Shown: in pieces, positions 25,837 through 39,800 of the stretch
How positions within the stretch are numbered: position 1 is the stretch's first letter
Layout of the letters: each line of letters begins with the position of its first letter
NCBI GenBank assembly: GCA_951406725.2
Contig: OX597815.1
Span: 39,680,001 to 39,744,000 of the forward strand
Source of the DNA: Octopus vulgaris
Taxonomy: Eukaryota
DNA: 64,000 bases
Direction of reading: 5' to 3'
Made by a program: the position numbers and the translations under genes
Notes under the pieces: model-generated
Databases searched by the model: none
What the model was told of the DNA's origin: nothing
The model's input: the letters and a program-made list of their open reading frames with translations, nothing else

Positions 25837-26203
25837 AGTGGCTGTGTGGTAAGTAGCTTGCTTACCAACCACATGGTTCCGGGTTCAGTCCCACTGCTTG
25901 GCACCTTGGCCACCAACCAAAGCCTTGTGAGTGGATTTGGTAGACGGAAACTGGAAGAAGCCCGTCGTCTATATGTATATATATATGTGTGTGCGTGTAT
26001 GTTTGTGTGTCTGTGTTTGTCCCCCTAGCATTGCTTGACAATCGATGCTGGTATGTTTATGTCCCCGTCACTTAGAGGTTCAGCAAAAGAGACTGATAGA
26101 ATAAGTACTGGGCTTACAAAGAATAAGTCCCAGGGTCGAGTTGCTCGATTAAAGGCGGTGCTCCAGCATGGCCGCAGTCAAATGACTGAAACAAGTAAAA
26201 AGA
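25837..26203 (+). mobile_element. tRNA-derived SINE (abundant family)
   Basis: gtggctgtgtggtaagtagcttgct...ggttcagtccc (A/B-box-like)...ctccagcatggccgcagtcaaatgactgaaacaagtaaaa; second copy at 51669-52047. Confidence 0.85.
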
Positions 26204-26404
26204 GTATATATAGATCGTTAGCCACTACACACATTTTTTTCTCTCCTTTTTTTCTCTCCTTGTTTTTTCTGTGTACCTTTCTGTAGAAGAGCATAGGCTT
26301 GAAACGTAAAAGACTTTTTCTGTTCCTGAGCACTATACTAATACATCTGTTTGTTTTGTACACCATCTGTCTTTGTCTTTTGCTTTTTTTTCGTAAACTT
26401 TCCC

Positions 26405-26439
<35 letters not shown>

Positions 26440-26444
26440 GTATG

Positions 26445-26478
<34 letters not shown>

Positions 26479-26920
26479 TATATATATGTATGTATGTATG
26501 TATGTATATATTTATGTATATATATATATATGTATGTATGTATATATATATATATGTATGTATGTATGTATATATATATATATATATGTGTGTGTATATA
26601 TATATATGTATGTACGTATATATATGTATATATGTATGTATGTATATATATGTATATATGTATGTATGTATATATATGTATATATGTATGTATGTATATA
26701 TATGTATGTATGTATGTATGTATATATATATATATGTATGTATATATATATATATGTATGTATATATATATATATGTATGTATGTATGTATATATATATG
26801 TATGTATGTATACATCTATGTATGTATGTATACATCTATGTAATTATATATATATATATATATACACATATATACATATATACATATATATATATACGTA
26901 TGTATGTATATATATGTATA
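26405..26920. repeat. Long (TA)n/(TATG)n compound microsatellite
   Basis: Direct inspection. Confidence 0.95.
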
Positions 26921-27014
26921 TTCTTGCCTGCTTTTTCTGTCCACGAAAATATATATTATGAATACAGACATGTTGACAATCATTTAAAAATACAGTGTTG
27001 GCTAAAAAGAAATA

Positions 27015-27382
27015 TATCGAAATTGATCAACATCAATGGAAATTGCAGCTGTGATACCAGTGCCGGTGGTACGTAAGAGAACCATCCGAACATGGCCGTT
27101 GCCAGCGCCGCCCCGACTGGCCTCATGCCGGTGGCACGTAAAAAGCACCACCCAATTGTGGCATGTAAAAAGCACCATCCGATCGTGGCCGTTGGCCAGC
27201 CTCGTCTGGCACGTAAGAAGCACCCACTACACTCACAGAGTATTGGCATTAGGAAGGGCATCCAGCCGTAGAAACATTGCCAGATCAGACTGGGCCTGGT
27301 GCAGCCTTCTGGCTTCCCAGACCCCAGTTAAACCGTCCAACCCATGCTAGCATGGAAAGCGGATGCTAAACGAAGATGATGA
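27015..27382 (+). mobile_element. RTE 3' UTR-only insertion
   Basis: Closely similar to 4692-5112 but with a different internal unit structure. Confidence 0.8.
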
Positions 27383-27780
27383 TTTGAAAGGACAAAATGG
27401 AAGTGAAACAAGCCACAGTTAACATAACAACGATTTAATAGTCAAACTAGTTGCCAACAATGTGTAATATATTCAGATTGGTTTACCTACTTTGCTTGAA
27501 CCTCCATTAATAATGCGTTTATAAGCAATATGATCGTGGGCAGTAAAAGTAGGTGCACAGTTGGGGATGAAATCCCAATTCACTGACTGAAACATGACAT
27601 GTCCGGCTGTTCCTTGCTTTTTCTGTCCATGAAGATATTGTGTACACAATTAATACATTGTTGGCTTTAAAAAAATATCAACAGATAAAATCCATAGTAA
27701 AAAATATAGCAATGATGTAAATTACTATTAATGCACTAGTAATTTAATATTCAAAGTAGCTGCCAACAAAGTGTTTATAT

Positions 27781-27840
<60 letters not shown>

Positions 27841-27897
27841 TAGATAGATAGATAGATAGATATAGATATATATATGTATATATGTGTTTATTATATA

Positions 27898-28091
27898 CTG
27901 TATTTGCCCATGTATGAGTCACACTTAATTATGAGCTGCATTCCTAATTTATTATTAAATCTTGATACAAGATTGCTTTCCTTCAATATTCAAGCTTAAT
28001 ATTAGTTTTGCTCCATGTATAAGTCGCTCCCTAGTTTTTTTAAGTTGAAATCAGGAATAAACAAGTGCAATTTACACATGAGTAAACACAG
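27898..28091. mobile_element. Tc2/pogo-like MITE
   Basis: TA|ctgtatttgcccatgtatgagtcacact...agtgcaatttacacatgagtaaacacag|TA; imperfect ~28-bp TIRs. Confidence 0.65.
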
Positions 28092-28411
28092 TATATCTGA
28101 TTTATTTAAGATTCTGATAAGAAGTATTATTTAAAAGCAATATGCTCATGGATAGTAAAAGAAGATATACAGTCCTTGATAAAATCCCTATGTCTGGCTG
28201 TTTCCTGCATTTTCTGTCCATGAAAATATTGAATGCATTGAACATGTTACTTAGTATCATTGATAAACCGTGTTGTCTAAAAAATTCTTAGCTATATTTT
28301 ATAGTTAATAGCAATGAAACCAAATACTGTTAGCAGACCAGTAATTTAATATTTGAAAGAGCTTCCAGCAAAGTATTATTTATATAAAATGGCCAATCCA
28401 GTTTGCCTTAA

Positions 28412-28631
28412 CCTTTTAGTGTTCAGATTACTCTGTCAAACGTAATACTTTTTCACTCAAATTGTTTTTAATTAAACATGCATTATCTTATAGCTTTGAG
28501 GTTTCAATGACGTGATTGTTCATTTTTAGAATGTCAATGTAAGTTAGGTGTGAGAGGCCTGATCTGGTCAGTTTAAACATAAAATAGGTAGAAAACTTTG
28601 GCCGGATATGGCCAGTTTAAACACTAAAGGT
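28412..28631. mobile_element. piggyBac-like MITE (family A), opposite orientation to 10132-10351
   Basis: TTAA|ccttttagtgtt...aacactaaaggt|TTAA. Confidence 0.8.
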
Positions 28632-28966
28632 TTAAGCTGTGAGTAACAAAGCTTTATATGCAATGTGTTTGTGGACAGTAAAACAGGGTGCACAGTCGCT
28701 GATGAAATCCCAATGCAAGGATTGAAACATGGCATGTTTATTGCGTTTAACTTTTAGTTGGATGTTGTTGTCTTCCTGGATCCTTATAAATTTGCTATTT
28801 TCCTTGAATTAATCATTAGTTTTGCATTATACTCATTTCTTTCCATTATGAACATGTTTCTATTATCACTCCTACATATTTTGAAGTTGTCAAATTGTAT
28901 TTTAACTCATGCAGTGTTTCTTGAAATTTCTTGTTGATTACTTGTTTATTAGTATATATATATATT

Positions 28967-29013
<47 letters not shown>

Positions 29014-30269
29014 ATGTATGTATGTATGTATTTATGTATGTATATATATATGTATATATATATGTATATATATATATATGTATGTATGTATACATATGTG
29101 TGTGTGTATAGTATGTGTATCGTATGTATATATTTGTGCATTTGTTTCTTATCATATATTTGTGTGTTGTGTTGCAAATACAATAAAGTTATAGTTCTAA
29201 CTTTTTTATTAGTTTTAATAACATCCCTAAACCTGTCATAACCACCAGTGTTTCTAGACTTTCACTGCCATATCATCAGGATGTAAATTATGCATTTAGT
29301 TGTAGGCAAATGTGATTTCCATAGAGCTTTTTACCCAAACTTGTTTAGATGTATTGATGTATTGACTGATACTTGAAATTTGAGCATTAAATTAATATGT
29401 GATTAGTCACATTGTTCTTTTGTTTGTGATGTATTGTCTGTGTGTTTATTTAAGCATTTTATTGTATTATGAGTAATGCTTCCATCATTAACCATCTATT
29501 TTTGTAGCGAATTTTATATGCTTTCGATGAGCTATCCACTAATGTCTTCCTCTCAAGTTTTATTCTATGTTCTACTGCATAGTGTTTTGCAGTTGCTCTT
29601 TGTTGTAAGGCACGGTGAATCTATGAATATGTTGTACTTGTATGATCAATGTAACAGCAAGTTTTGGAGTTTACAACTTTCACTTTCACAATCAAATATT
29701 TAAATCATGTCGGTGTGAAAATGCTTGTGGCTTGTTATCAAGGAGGTTTTGATTTTAGTATTTTCATTCACTAACACAACATTCACTTTTAAGTGGGGAT
29801 AAATATTAACTTTTGGAATTAATATTGCTTCTGTCACTATTAATTATTTTTTTTAAATACACTGGCTATTTGCAACCCCAGTGCCTGAACAGACACTGGG
29901 ATTCTATATATACCACTGACAGAAAAGTGCTGCTATCTCTAACCATGGACATCTACCATTGACAAGGCCAAGAAAAGCCAAAATCATGTGATTTGATAGT
30001 CCTGGAGGTGATAGCAGGCAACTATCTCCCAGTAGCAATATAAACACAAGTTCTTCTATGCACCACAAGTCTATATGAGAGGTTCCCTCATGGTAAATAG
30101 CACAGTATATTGTTTTAAGTGGGGAATAAATATTTCCTTTTGGCATTAATACAGCTTCTTTTATTTTTAATCTTATACGTACATACATTATAGCTGCCCC
30201 CTCATTATCGAGTATGGCCATTGCACGAAGCTTAACTGTTATTGATGCTGTGATCGAATGTGACTTTTT

Positions 30270-30895
30270 AGCCCAGCCAAAGATCTACAATGTCTTGTAC
30301 AGAATTGGCAACTAAAACCTTTACCGGTAATAGCCAGCTGTAGTTGTAACTGGGCCTCATGTACCTTAGCATGTCATTTAAATCCTCCTGCCGAATTACA
30401 CTCACTTCCACATGCCTGACAGATATGATTAGTATGGTGTGTAACACCACCACCAGTGGCCAGGTTGTCACCCATCTGTCTTGCTTTATGACTTCAAAGA
30501 TGACTCATGAATCCAGCTTTACTGAGGCAGGGTCTTGCACAGACACTGTATGTCAGCATCATAGGAAGACCCTTCCCATCTGGAAGCGTAACAGCAATGC
30601 CCTTCATGACATCCCTCATTACTTTCTCATGAGCAACTCGAGATTTCTCAAAAGTAGCTGTCCCCTCGTGCACAATCCTTCTCCACCTGCTACGATCAAT
30701 AGCTATGCCCTCCCATGTGTCAGGAGGGATGCAAGCATCTCTTAAGGAAGCCTTCAGCAAGTCCTTATACCTCTTTTTTGGTTTATATGGGGGTCGTTCT
30801 CCTTTAGCTAACTCTCCATAAAAGAGTTGTTTTGGCATCCTTGAATCCTTCATCTTGACCAAGATGACCACTCCATCTGAGCCTTTGCTTTAACA
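30270..30895 (-). mobile_element. RTE (BovB/Expander-like) LINE 3' fragment, distinct from the dominant family
   Basis: LRWSGHLVKMKDSRMPKQLFYGEL...KPKKRYKDLLKASL...WEGIAIDRSRWR...CARPCLSKAGFMSHL (degenerate C-terminal C2H2-like motif). Confidence 0.8.
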
Positions 30896-30899
30896 TACA

Positions 30900-31455
30900 A
30901 ACATACATACGAGTAAAACGCCCCACCCCCCATCCAATGGATGTGCTAAATAAAAAGCAATCAGTGTTTTCTTTTCATTAAAAAATAATTAAGCATGCCT
31001 TTATTTCAATCAAATTTTTGGTTTTGTTAAAAGAAGTTAAGGCAAAAAAAAAACTTCTTGAGAAACCAAATAATCTTTCCTTCCTTCATGCCAAGTTTGA
31101 AGAAAATATCTCTTTTACATCTTACTTTTTTTGGTCTCTTAAATATACTGCATTTTGTGGCATTATTTCAAGCCAGCTGGCTTTTTTGCACAAACTGCAC
31201 ATGCATAGTATCGATCACAACAGCTGATGTACTTGCACATACAAATGCACGTTCCCACGGCTTTATCGATCGCATTCTCACCTGGAATCGATTTTTGTAA
31301 TTTTTTCAAGACTTATACATGCCCTGATACCGTTGGTATCTACATATCAAATTTGAGCACAATCAGATAGAGGATGCCCGAGATCCTAGAAGACACACAC
31401 ACACACACAGACAGAATGGATTTTATTTAATATATAATAAGAGATATATATAGAT
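30900..31455 (+). mobile_element. Possible non-autonomous Helitron-like repeat end
   Basis: caaatttgagc...(ca)n gacaga...ttttatt...agat terminus resembles non-autonomous Helitron ends; no coding evidence. Confidence 0.3.
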
Positions 31456-32409
31456 ATATATCATCACCATCATCATCATCATTTAACAACCTCCTTCCAT
31501 GCTGGCATGCGTTGGATGGTTTGACTGGAGATGGCCAGGCAGGAGCCTGCATCATGTTTCTGTGTCTGTTTTGGCATGGTTTTTACTGCTGGATGCCCTT
31601 CCAAATACCAACCACTCTACAGTGTGGACTGAGTGCTTTTTAAGTTGCACCTGTACTGGCAGGGTCACCAAGTAACTTTGCAAGACAAGGAGTCTTTGAG
31701 AGGGGAAGGGGCATTGGAAGATGGGATCTTGTGTCAGATGATGAAAGATTAGAGTGTAACAGAGAGGCAGAAACAGATGTTTTGTTGCAGAGGAGGTCCA
31801 TGGTTACCCTAACCTATCTCCATGATACTTGACATTTAAGTACCAAGTCTCATAATTCGTGGAAAGAGGTCCTGTAGGACCTGTGATAATATGCTCACAG
31901 GTATGTGTGTGTGTGTGTGTGGCGGGGCTAGATAAATAGATGGAAGAGCAGATGTATAGGCAGGCGTTTCCACCCATCAAACTCTACACTTGTTAAATTA
32001 ATTTATCATCCACTTAAATTCTTGGGTGGCTTTAAAGGATTCCACTTTGTTGTAGATCTCTAGTTAAATGATCCTTTTATCTCATCTTGTAACCAGTTTC
32101 AGGGACCCTAAAAGGAAGCATGTGCACAGGGTTCCTTTAGGATCATGAGCTACTTTTCTTATAATTATGTGATTAAAAAATATTCTCGGCATAAGCTATT
32201 AATTAATCTGGGGTAATAACAGAAATCACTTACCCAAAGTGGTGAGTAGACCAGCAAATTTCTTGCCCATACTTCCAAGTGCATACACGTGTGTGTGTGC
32301 ATGGGTGCACATGTGTGGTTAAGAATTTCATTGAACAACCATATAGATCCAAATTTCCTCCAACTGAATAGCAGTTGGGGCTTTTAGTACAGCCCCAGTT
32401 TGACCAACG

Positions 32410-32860
<451 letters not shown>

Positions 32861-34452
32861 ACTCGTACATTCCATTGTCTTTTTTTTTTTTTTTAGAAAC
32901 CATGCCAAATGTGGAATGTACGAGTGAGACGTGGTCCCCAACCCATCTAAGAGGGCAGTAACTCCAAATAAGAACTGACTCAGACTGTGATGAAATGTCC
33001 AACCCATGCCAACATGGAAAACCAAGTGGATGTTAAATAATGATGATGATGGTATACTTGCATAGATATATATATATATAATAAACATGCCTATATAGCC
33101 TTAGTTAGGAATAAGTATGTTTAATGTCACATTGAAAGCTGTAGTTAAACTATACCTCTTTAAGCAGCTTGAAGCTAAGATTAAATTATCTAGTTCCCTC
33201 TTTCATAAAAAACTCTTCAACAATTGTTTACCTTTGCCCTCCAAACTTTCAAAAGTATGTAATGGACTGTATATAGAAATGTAAACAAAATTTACATTTA
33301 CATTTAATTTTTTTAACAGTATTTACATAATGGTTCAAAGTTACTACTTATTTAAGCCCTTTGCTCCCTATGGCACATAAGCCATTGATGACTTTCTCCA
33401 CTTTTCTCAACTTTTCAGGGCTATTCCCTCAGTATGGAGGCATTTCCCAGAGAGAAAGCCTTCCTCTTCTAGGTCCTGCTGGTTTTGAATTGTCATTGAT
33501 GCTTCTGTAGCTGCTATTTTTTTTGGTAAGGGTATTGACACTATGCAAACCTTTTTATTACTTCTAAGAAGAGGCAGTCCATATTAGTCTAGTCTCTATT
33601 CTTTGACCTGTCCAGCATGGAAGGCCCTGCCAGGGGGAATGCAATGCACAGGCATAGACATACAATCTGTCATATTACAACAAGGACTAGACATTGTGGT
33701 GGGCAAAGTTAATGGTGAGACATTAATAAACTAGGGCAGCAATATAACATGGGTCATAAAAGACAAAATTAGTCTTTTAGAACCTCAGTCTAAGCTGGAG
33801 CCCCTTGTGGGCAGTAAAGAAATAAGAACCTCAGTCTAAGCTGCCAAAAGTGCTGTAGTTAACCACAGGATCTTATTTCACAGCTAGACTAAATATATTT
33901 GAATAAACATATGAATCTGACACTGTATACATATTTATTCATCACTTATGCTGTATGGTACTATGGTAATTAATGCCTGGTCATCAACACCATACCATTT
34001 GTACAAATTTTATTGTGCCAGACATTGTTTGATTTATATTTCTATAAGTATCCTACATTACTTACTTTTTGTAGCTTGTTAACTATGCAAGTCTGGTGTT
34101 TGTAGAATTGCTAATGTATATATTGAATTCATTGTTAATATAATCGTATTCTGTTAAGCTGTAGTGCACAAATACAAACAGAAAACGCACTGGAATAATA
34201 GGATCTGTTACCCCACATATATAACCATACAGTAAACCACAAACAGTTGAAGTGAGATTGGGCCCAATGAGGTATATATTTATATGAGATTACACAGAGC
34301 AAAGTGAGGAGTATGAGGCCATGAGGAAAGATAGTATATTAGGTCACATGAACAAATGGGAATTAGTCAAAGGGATACTAATAAATCAACAAAGAAATCA
34401 ATCACCACAAAATTTTTGATTGGTCTTTAATGGAAGTTTACTCTACATTCTA

Positions 34453-34493
<41 letters not shown>

Positions 34494-34539
34494 ATATGAT
34501 TCTGTTATATTTATAACGTGTGTATATATATGAGTGTCG

Positions 34540-35462
34540 TCCTTTCTCACTTTATTTTCCTCAAATCATCCCTTTCTGTGTCTGCTTGCAATACATTTTA
34601 GAATTGCCAATGTCTGCTATCCACAGCCTCCTCATCCATTTTTGTCCCGCTTAGTATAGCCACCCATATATACCTGACATCCATCTTCATTGTACATCTC
34701 TCCCCCCCCCCTCTCTCTCTCTCTCTCTCTTGCCTCCCCTTCTCTCCCACCCTGCACATCATCTACATATTTTCTCATCTATCTACAAGTTTATTATTCT
34801 GCTGCTCTCCACTCTTCTTTCTTGAGTCATTTGTATTTTTTTCATCATTGCCTACTGTTTCTCCCCCACTCCCACCCCACCCACCATCAACCACAACTTC
34901 ACTTTGGTTCCAGTTATTACATTCACCTCTGCACCCATCTCTAACTGTCACTCTCTTCTTACTCTCTAATAAACTTATCCACCCACCCTTCCCAATTCTC
35001 CATCTTTATTCTCTCAGATACTCACTTTCTTGTATCTTTAGAATTTGCTCCGACAACTCATCACCACCATCATTGTCTTCATTCCAGTTACTCCCACCCA
35101 TATATAATACAAGGTAGCCATGCACCTCCTCTATAGCAAGCCATATGCACCTGTCCCTCTATCATACTTTAGTCTTCCAACACCTGGCATAAAGCACCTC
35201 TACCACAACCCCACTAAGTTGAGGGTTTTGCTTTGCTTTTTTTATCTTGAGAATAATTTGGCAATCTCACTTATGCCAGTGTCATGAAAAAGTACCCATT
35301 ACACTCTGTGAAGTGGTTGGCATTAGGAATGGTATCCAGCCATAGAGACCATGCTATAATGGACATTGGAACACTTGCTGCTGTCCTCCAGTATATTGTA
35401 TCCTGTCAAACCTTCAAACTCAATCTAGCATAGAGGACAGATATTAAATGATGATGATGATG
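34540..35462 (+). mobile_element. Interspersed repeat with pyrimidine-rich body and RTE-like tail
   Basis: Ends gtggttggcattaggaatggtatccagc...(tga)n; body matches 8525-9430 inverted. Confidence 0.55.
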
Positions 35463-36135
35463 ATTTATTTATTTATCTGTGTGTTTGCATATATGTATTC
35501 CATATATGTCTATATGTGTATGTTCTTTTATTCTTTTAGTAGTTTCAGTTAGTTGATTATAGCCATGGCAGGGCACATCCGTCGAGGGTCTTAATTGATC
35601 ATATAGACCACTAATTTCAATCTGATAATTATTTTATCAAGCTATATTTATTGAACTGCTAAATTCCTCTCCTGCTACAGTTATATCTTGGGGAAAAGAT
35701 GAGCTGCAACAGAGTGACTTATTTTAGATACGCTACATACATTGTTATAAATTTATGTCTGATCCAAGGGGTTATGGGACTTACATCTGGAATTTAAGTA
35801 AAAAAGAATATAAAATTTTTTTGTCTATTTTTGCTAAGAGGGAGTGCTTAAATATTCAACCCCTGGATCATATTGCTTACATTATCTCATTAGATACAAT
35901 TCAACTTAGCTTGCAGCCATGCTTGATATAATAGCTTGCCTGTTGCAGACCCATATCTATATAAGTAGGCATTCATTATTTAGTTGTTTATTTATATTTT
36001 GTTGCTGTTTTATAAATATTTTTCAACTGTAATGCGGGTTAAATGTTTTTTTTTTGGTTTCTTTTGTGACAAAGTAATTGTCTTTTTAACTGAATGTCTT
36101 TTTCTGATATTAACCACATATTGCTGTTGGTAGTG

Positions 36136-36469
36136 AAGGGACATGGCTCAGTGGTTAGAGCGTCGAGCTTACGCTCATGAGGTTGTGAGCTCGAATCCCA
36201 GACCGGGCTGTGTGTTGTGTTCTTGAGCAAGACACTTTATTTCACGTTGCTCCAGTTCACTCAGCTGTAGGAATGAGTTGTGACGTCACTGGTGCCAAGA
36301 TGTTTCGGCCTTTGCCTTTCCCTTGGATAACACTGGTGGCATGGAGAGGGGAGGCCGGTATGCATGGGTGACTGCTGGTCTTCCATAAACAACCTTGCTC
36401 GGACTTGGGCCTGGGAGGGTAACTTTCTAGGTGCAATCCCATGGTCAGTGTGGTTACTGAAGGGGGTCT
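36136..36469 (+). mobile_element. tRNA-derived SINE
   Basis: A box tggctcagtggttagagc, B-box-like agctcgaatccc, then the core ttcttgagcaagacacttta. Confidence 0.75.
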
Positions 36470-36621
36470 CAGGCTGTTGGTAAACCATAAATATTCTCTG
36501 GAATATAATGCACTGCCTAGGGCAAAGTTTGAATTTATGACCTGTGTTTAATATCCCTACAGCTCAAATTAATTGGTAAGTCATACTTACACCCATTGAA
36601 AATACCATGGCTTTACTCTCA

Positions 36622-36845
36622 TTTGACACAGCAGTTGTGGACTGAAAGAGGCTTTGTGGTAGGCCCTGCACCTCATGGCTGGACATGATTAAGGAAGATC
36701 TCTAGAGGCTCAATGTTACCTTGGAGGATGCAGAGTGGCTGGCATGGGACCGCCAGTGATGGAGAGCACTAGTGGACCTGGTCAGCTCTACACATGATGA
36801 TATCTCTTGGAATACAATAACCTGGGATGACCCCCAGCCCCATCA
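36622..36845 (+). mobile_element. LINE (RTE-like) extreme 3' end; inverted copy at 37221-37442
   Basis: CGRPCTSWLDMIKEDL*RLNVTLEDAEWLAWDRQ*WRALV. Confidence 0.7.
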
Positions 36846-39800
36846 AGCAAGAACATGAAGTAAAGTGGTATTTTGATCCATTTGCTTAAAACTATTGTTA
36901 TAAAATACATTCCCTTTCATACATACAGGAATTGTCTATAGATAATATGTTATATCAACATAAACAAGTGAGTCTTTAAAGCATTATTTTTTTTTGTACT
37001 AATGAACTGGCAATACCTGCATTTAGCTCTAAAATTCAAACTCTGCCCAGCTTTGTGTAAATTACTTACTGTTTATCTTCCAGTGGATTTTTCATGCATA
37101 TGGTTATGGGTACAATTTCATGGCACCTTGAACAAGTGTCTTCTACTGTAGCCTCAGGCCAACCAAAACCTTCTGATGGAAACTGAAAGAAGCCCATTGT
37201 GTGTGTGGAGAGAGAGAAAGATGGGGTTGGGGGGGTCATCCCAGGTTAATGTTCCAAGAGACATCATCATGTGTAGAGTTGACCAGGTCCACCAGTGCTC
37301 CCCATCACTGGTGGTCACATACCAACCACTCTGCATCCTCCAAGGGGACATTGAGCCTCTAGAAATCTTCCTTAATCATGTCCAGCCATGAGGTGCAGGG
37401 CCTGCCACAAAGCCTCTTTCAGTCCACAACTGTTGTGTCAAGTATATATGAATGGTGTGGCTATGTGGTTGAGAAGTTTGTTTCCCAGCCACGTGGTTAT
37501 GGGTACAATTTCATGACACCTTGAACAAGTATCTTCTACTGTAGCCTCAGGCCAACCAAAACCTTCTGAGTGGATTTGGTTGATAGAAACTGAAAGAAGC
37601 CCATTGTGTGTGTGTGTGTGTGGAGAGAAAGAGAGAGAGAGATATATGAATGTGTATACATCTGAGTGTCTTCTTGTCTTGGTATTGTGTCAACTGTAAA
37701 TGAATGTCACTGTCAAAAGCAGTGTCATTAATTTCCAATATCCTGCATAAGCATGTTTCACTATGGAGAAATATTACCTTACTTTGAAACAGGAGAGAGT
37801 TGGTGACAGGAAAGGCATTAAGCCATAGAAAATCTGCTTCAATAAACTCTATTCAACCTATGCAAGCATGGAAAAGTGGATGTTAAAAGAATGAAAATGG
37901 TGATGATGACATTCATTTAGTCTTTTACTGGTCTCAGTAGCCATACTGGGGTATCACCTCGAAAGACTATTTCTGGCACTTACACTATCTGGCACTTATG
38001 ATAAAGTTAACTTGGTATAAACTAAGGCAATGAAATGGATTATAAATATTTTCATTGAGTACAAGTATGAGCATGTAGTTAAAAAGTACACTTCACAATC
38101 AGATGGCTTCAGGTTTGATTCCACTGTGTCAACCATGTTTTCTATTATATCACAGTGTCACCTAGTTTAACATCTCCATGTGGACCTTGGATACATTTAG
38201 CATATCGGCTCTGTTGCAAGCATTTGAACCAGGTTTCTAATTCAAGAAAAACTAGACATGTAGATGAGTTGCTTCCTACCATAATAACCTATGAGTAAGG
38301 ATCTTTGTCTTTCGTTTCCATACCTTGATGTCAAAAGTTCTGTAAGAAGTTGTTCATGGGAGCTGCCATTTCTCCTCTGACTAAGCTATAATTTTTTTGT
38401 TTCTAAGCTGAAGGCATCAGCATATATATAATATGCTGATACATATATATAATATCAGCATAAAGAAGAGTGTCAGAACTAAGCATATTTCTTGCTGTAG
38501 AGGAGCTTACATGGTTACTCACATAATAGAAAAGTGAGAGTGAGTGACCAGGGTGGAGCTGAAATGAGAGATAAAACAGTGTCAGGATTGACCTTGAAGT
38601 TACAAGAAGGAGAATAGAAGTGGAAACAGAGAACAGAGAGTTAGGATGTGTAGAGCCTGAAAAAGTGTATGGGGAGATTGCAGTTTTAAAAATTCTACTT
38701 TTTCTGCAGTATAATCAGGGGTAGCCCTGACTTAATGGCATGTACCATATATGTAACAAATTCTCACTACATACAGATTTCTTTTATGTCAGTTTATATA
38801 CTAGAATACTAAGAAGTATTCTAACCAATAATATTATTGTTAATGTGCTTGATCCATATGTCCATAGATATGCTAAAATATGTATGGCTTTATATTTAGT
38901 ATTTGTCAGCTAAAATATTTACTCAAGTTTTTGTTGTGGTTAGTAGTTGTAGTTGATTTGTCTTGTTTTGCAATAAAAATAAGAACAGAACAACATGATA
39001 GTGAAATGGTCCTAGGAATTCTAATCACATAGTTTCTTTGAGTGTTTTGCAAAAGTAGCTGCTGCTCAAACTTCAAATATAAAACAGTAAAATATCTTCT
39101 TTGAAAATAATCTACATTAAAATAAATAGAAAACACTATGAAGCAGCAAGAAGACATATGAAAGTAATAGAAAAAAGTATTGTAAGATATAAAACGATGA
39201 ATGTAGGATTAGAAAATAAAAATAGGTCTATGTTATATTCAGAAATGAAACTGTCATCTGTATTAACAAAGAAAATATTTATAACATTCTGAGGGTCCTT
39301 TACTGGTACCATATTAAAATAGTTTTGTGCTTTGTAAAGAAAAAATAAAAACAAGTTCAATTGGAAGCAAACAATGAATATGTTAAGGACACAACTGGCA
39401 ACTTTATTAGGTATTTTTCATGTGTATACCAAAGGGTTGGTGGTTCACTTTCCTTCACTAGCATTTTATGTCTGTTAACATACTTAGCTTTCCTGGCTAA
39501 TCCACAAAGATATAAATAGATACTGTATCAGTGCATCTTATTGTCATATCTAGGAGGAGTACTGTTCACATATTGACTTCAAATCCTTTCAAGAGAACAA
39601 CTTAAATGGAGTTGGGTCCTCACTAGTACATCACTTACCTCTTTAGATGTATTTCTGTTGAATGAGAAGTTATAAAACACAAATTCCAGCAAATGTCCAG
39701 GTTTTTTTATTCTATTACTGGTTTCAGTCAATGGACTCTTGCCATGCTGAGGTGCCATCTAATAGAGAATACTTGATGGCATCACTCCTGGTGTTATTAA

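Noticed and set aside
26278-26315. Hammerhead-ribozyme-like motif gaagagcataggcttgaaacg (also ~10445, ~23175 minus, and gaaacagctgta at ~50210 minus)
   Set aside because: The CUGANGA core is not intact in any copy and I could not build stems I and III. At most these are decayed Penelope-type termini.
26299-27076. Long ORFs of 100-240 aa (also 2511-2936, 28909-29241, 32328-33088)
   Set aside because: Translations of (TA)n/(TATG)n microsatellites that happen to lack stop codons.
36136-36210. tRNA gene-like sequence (also 25837 and 51669)
   Set aside because: SINE heads continuing into SINE bodies; no convincing acceptor stem or cloverleaf.
39101-39360. Short Lys-rich ORFs in AT-rich sequence
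   Set aside because: No recognisable motif or splice structure.
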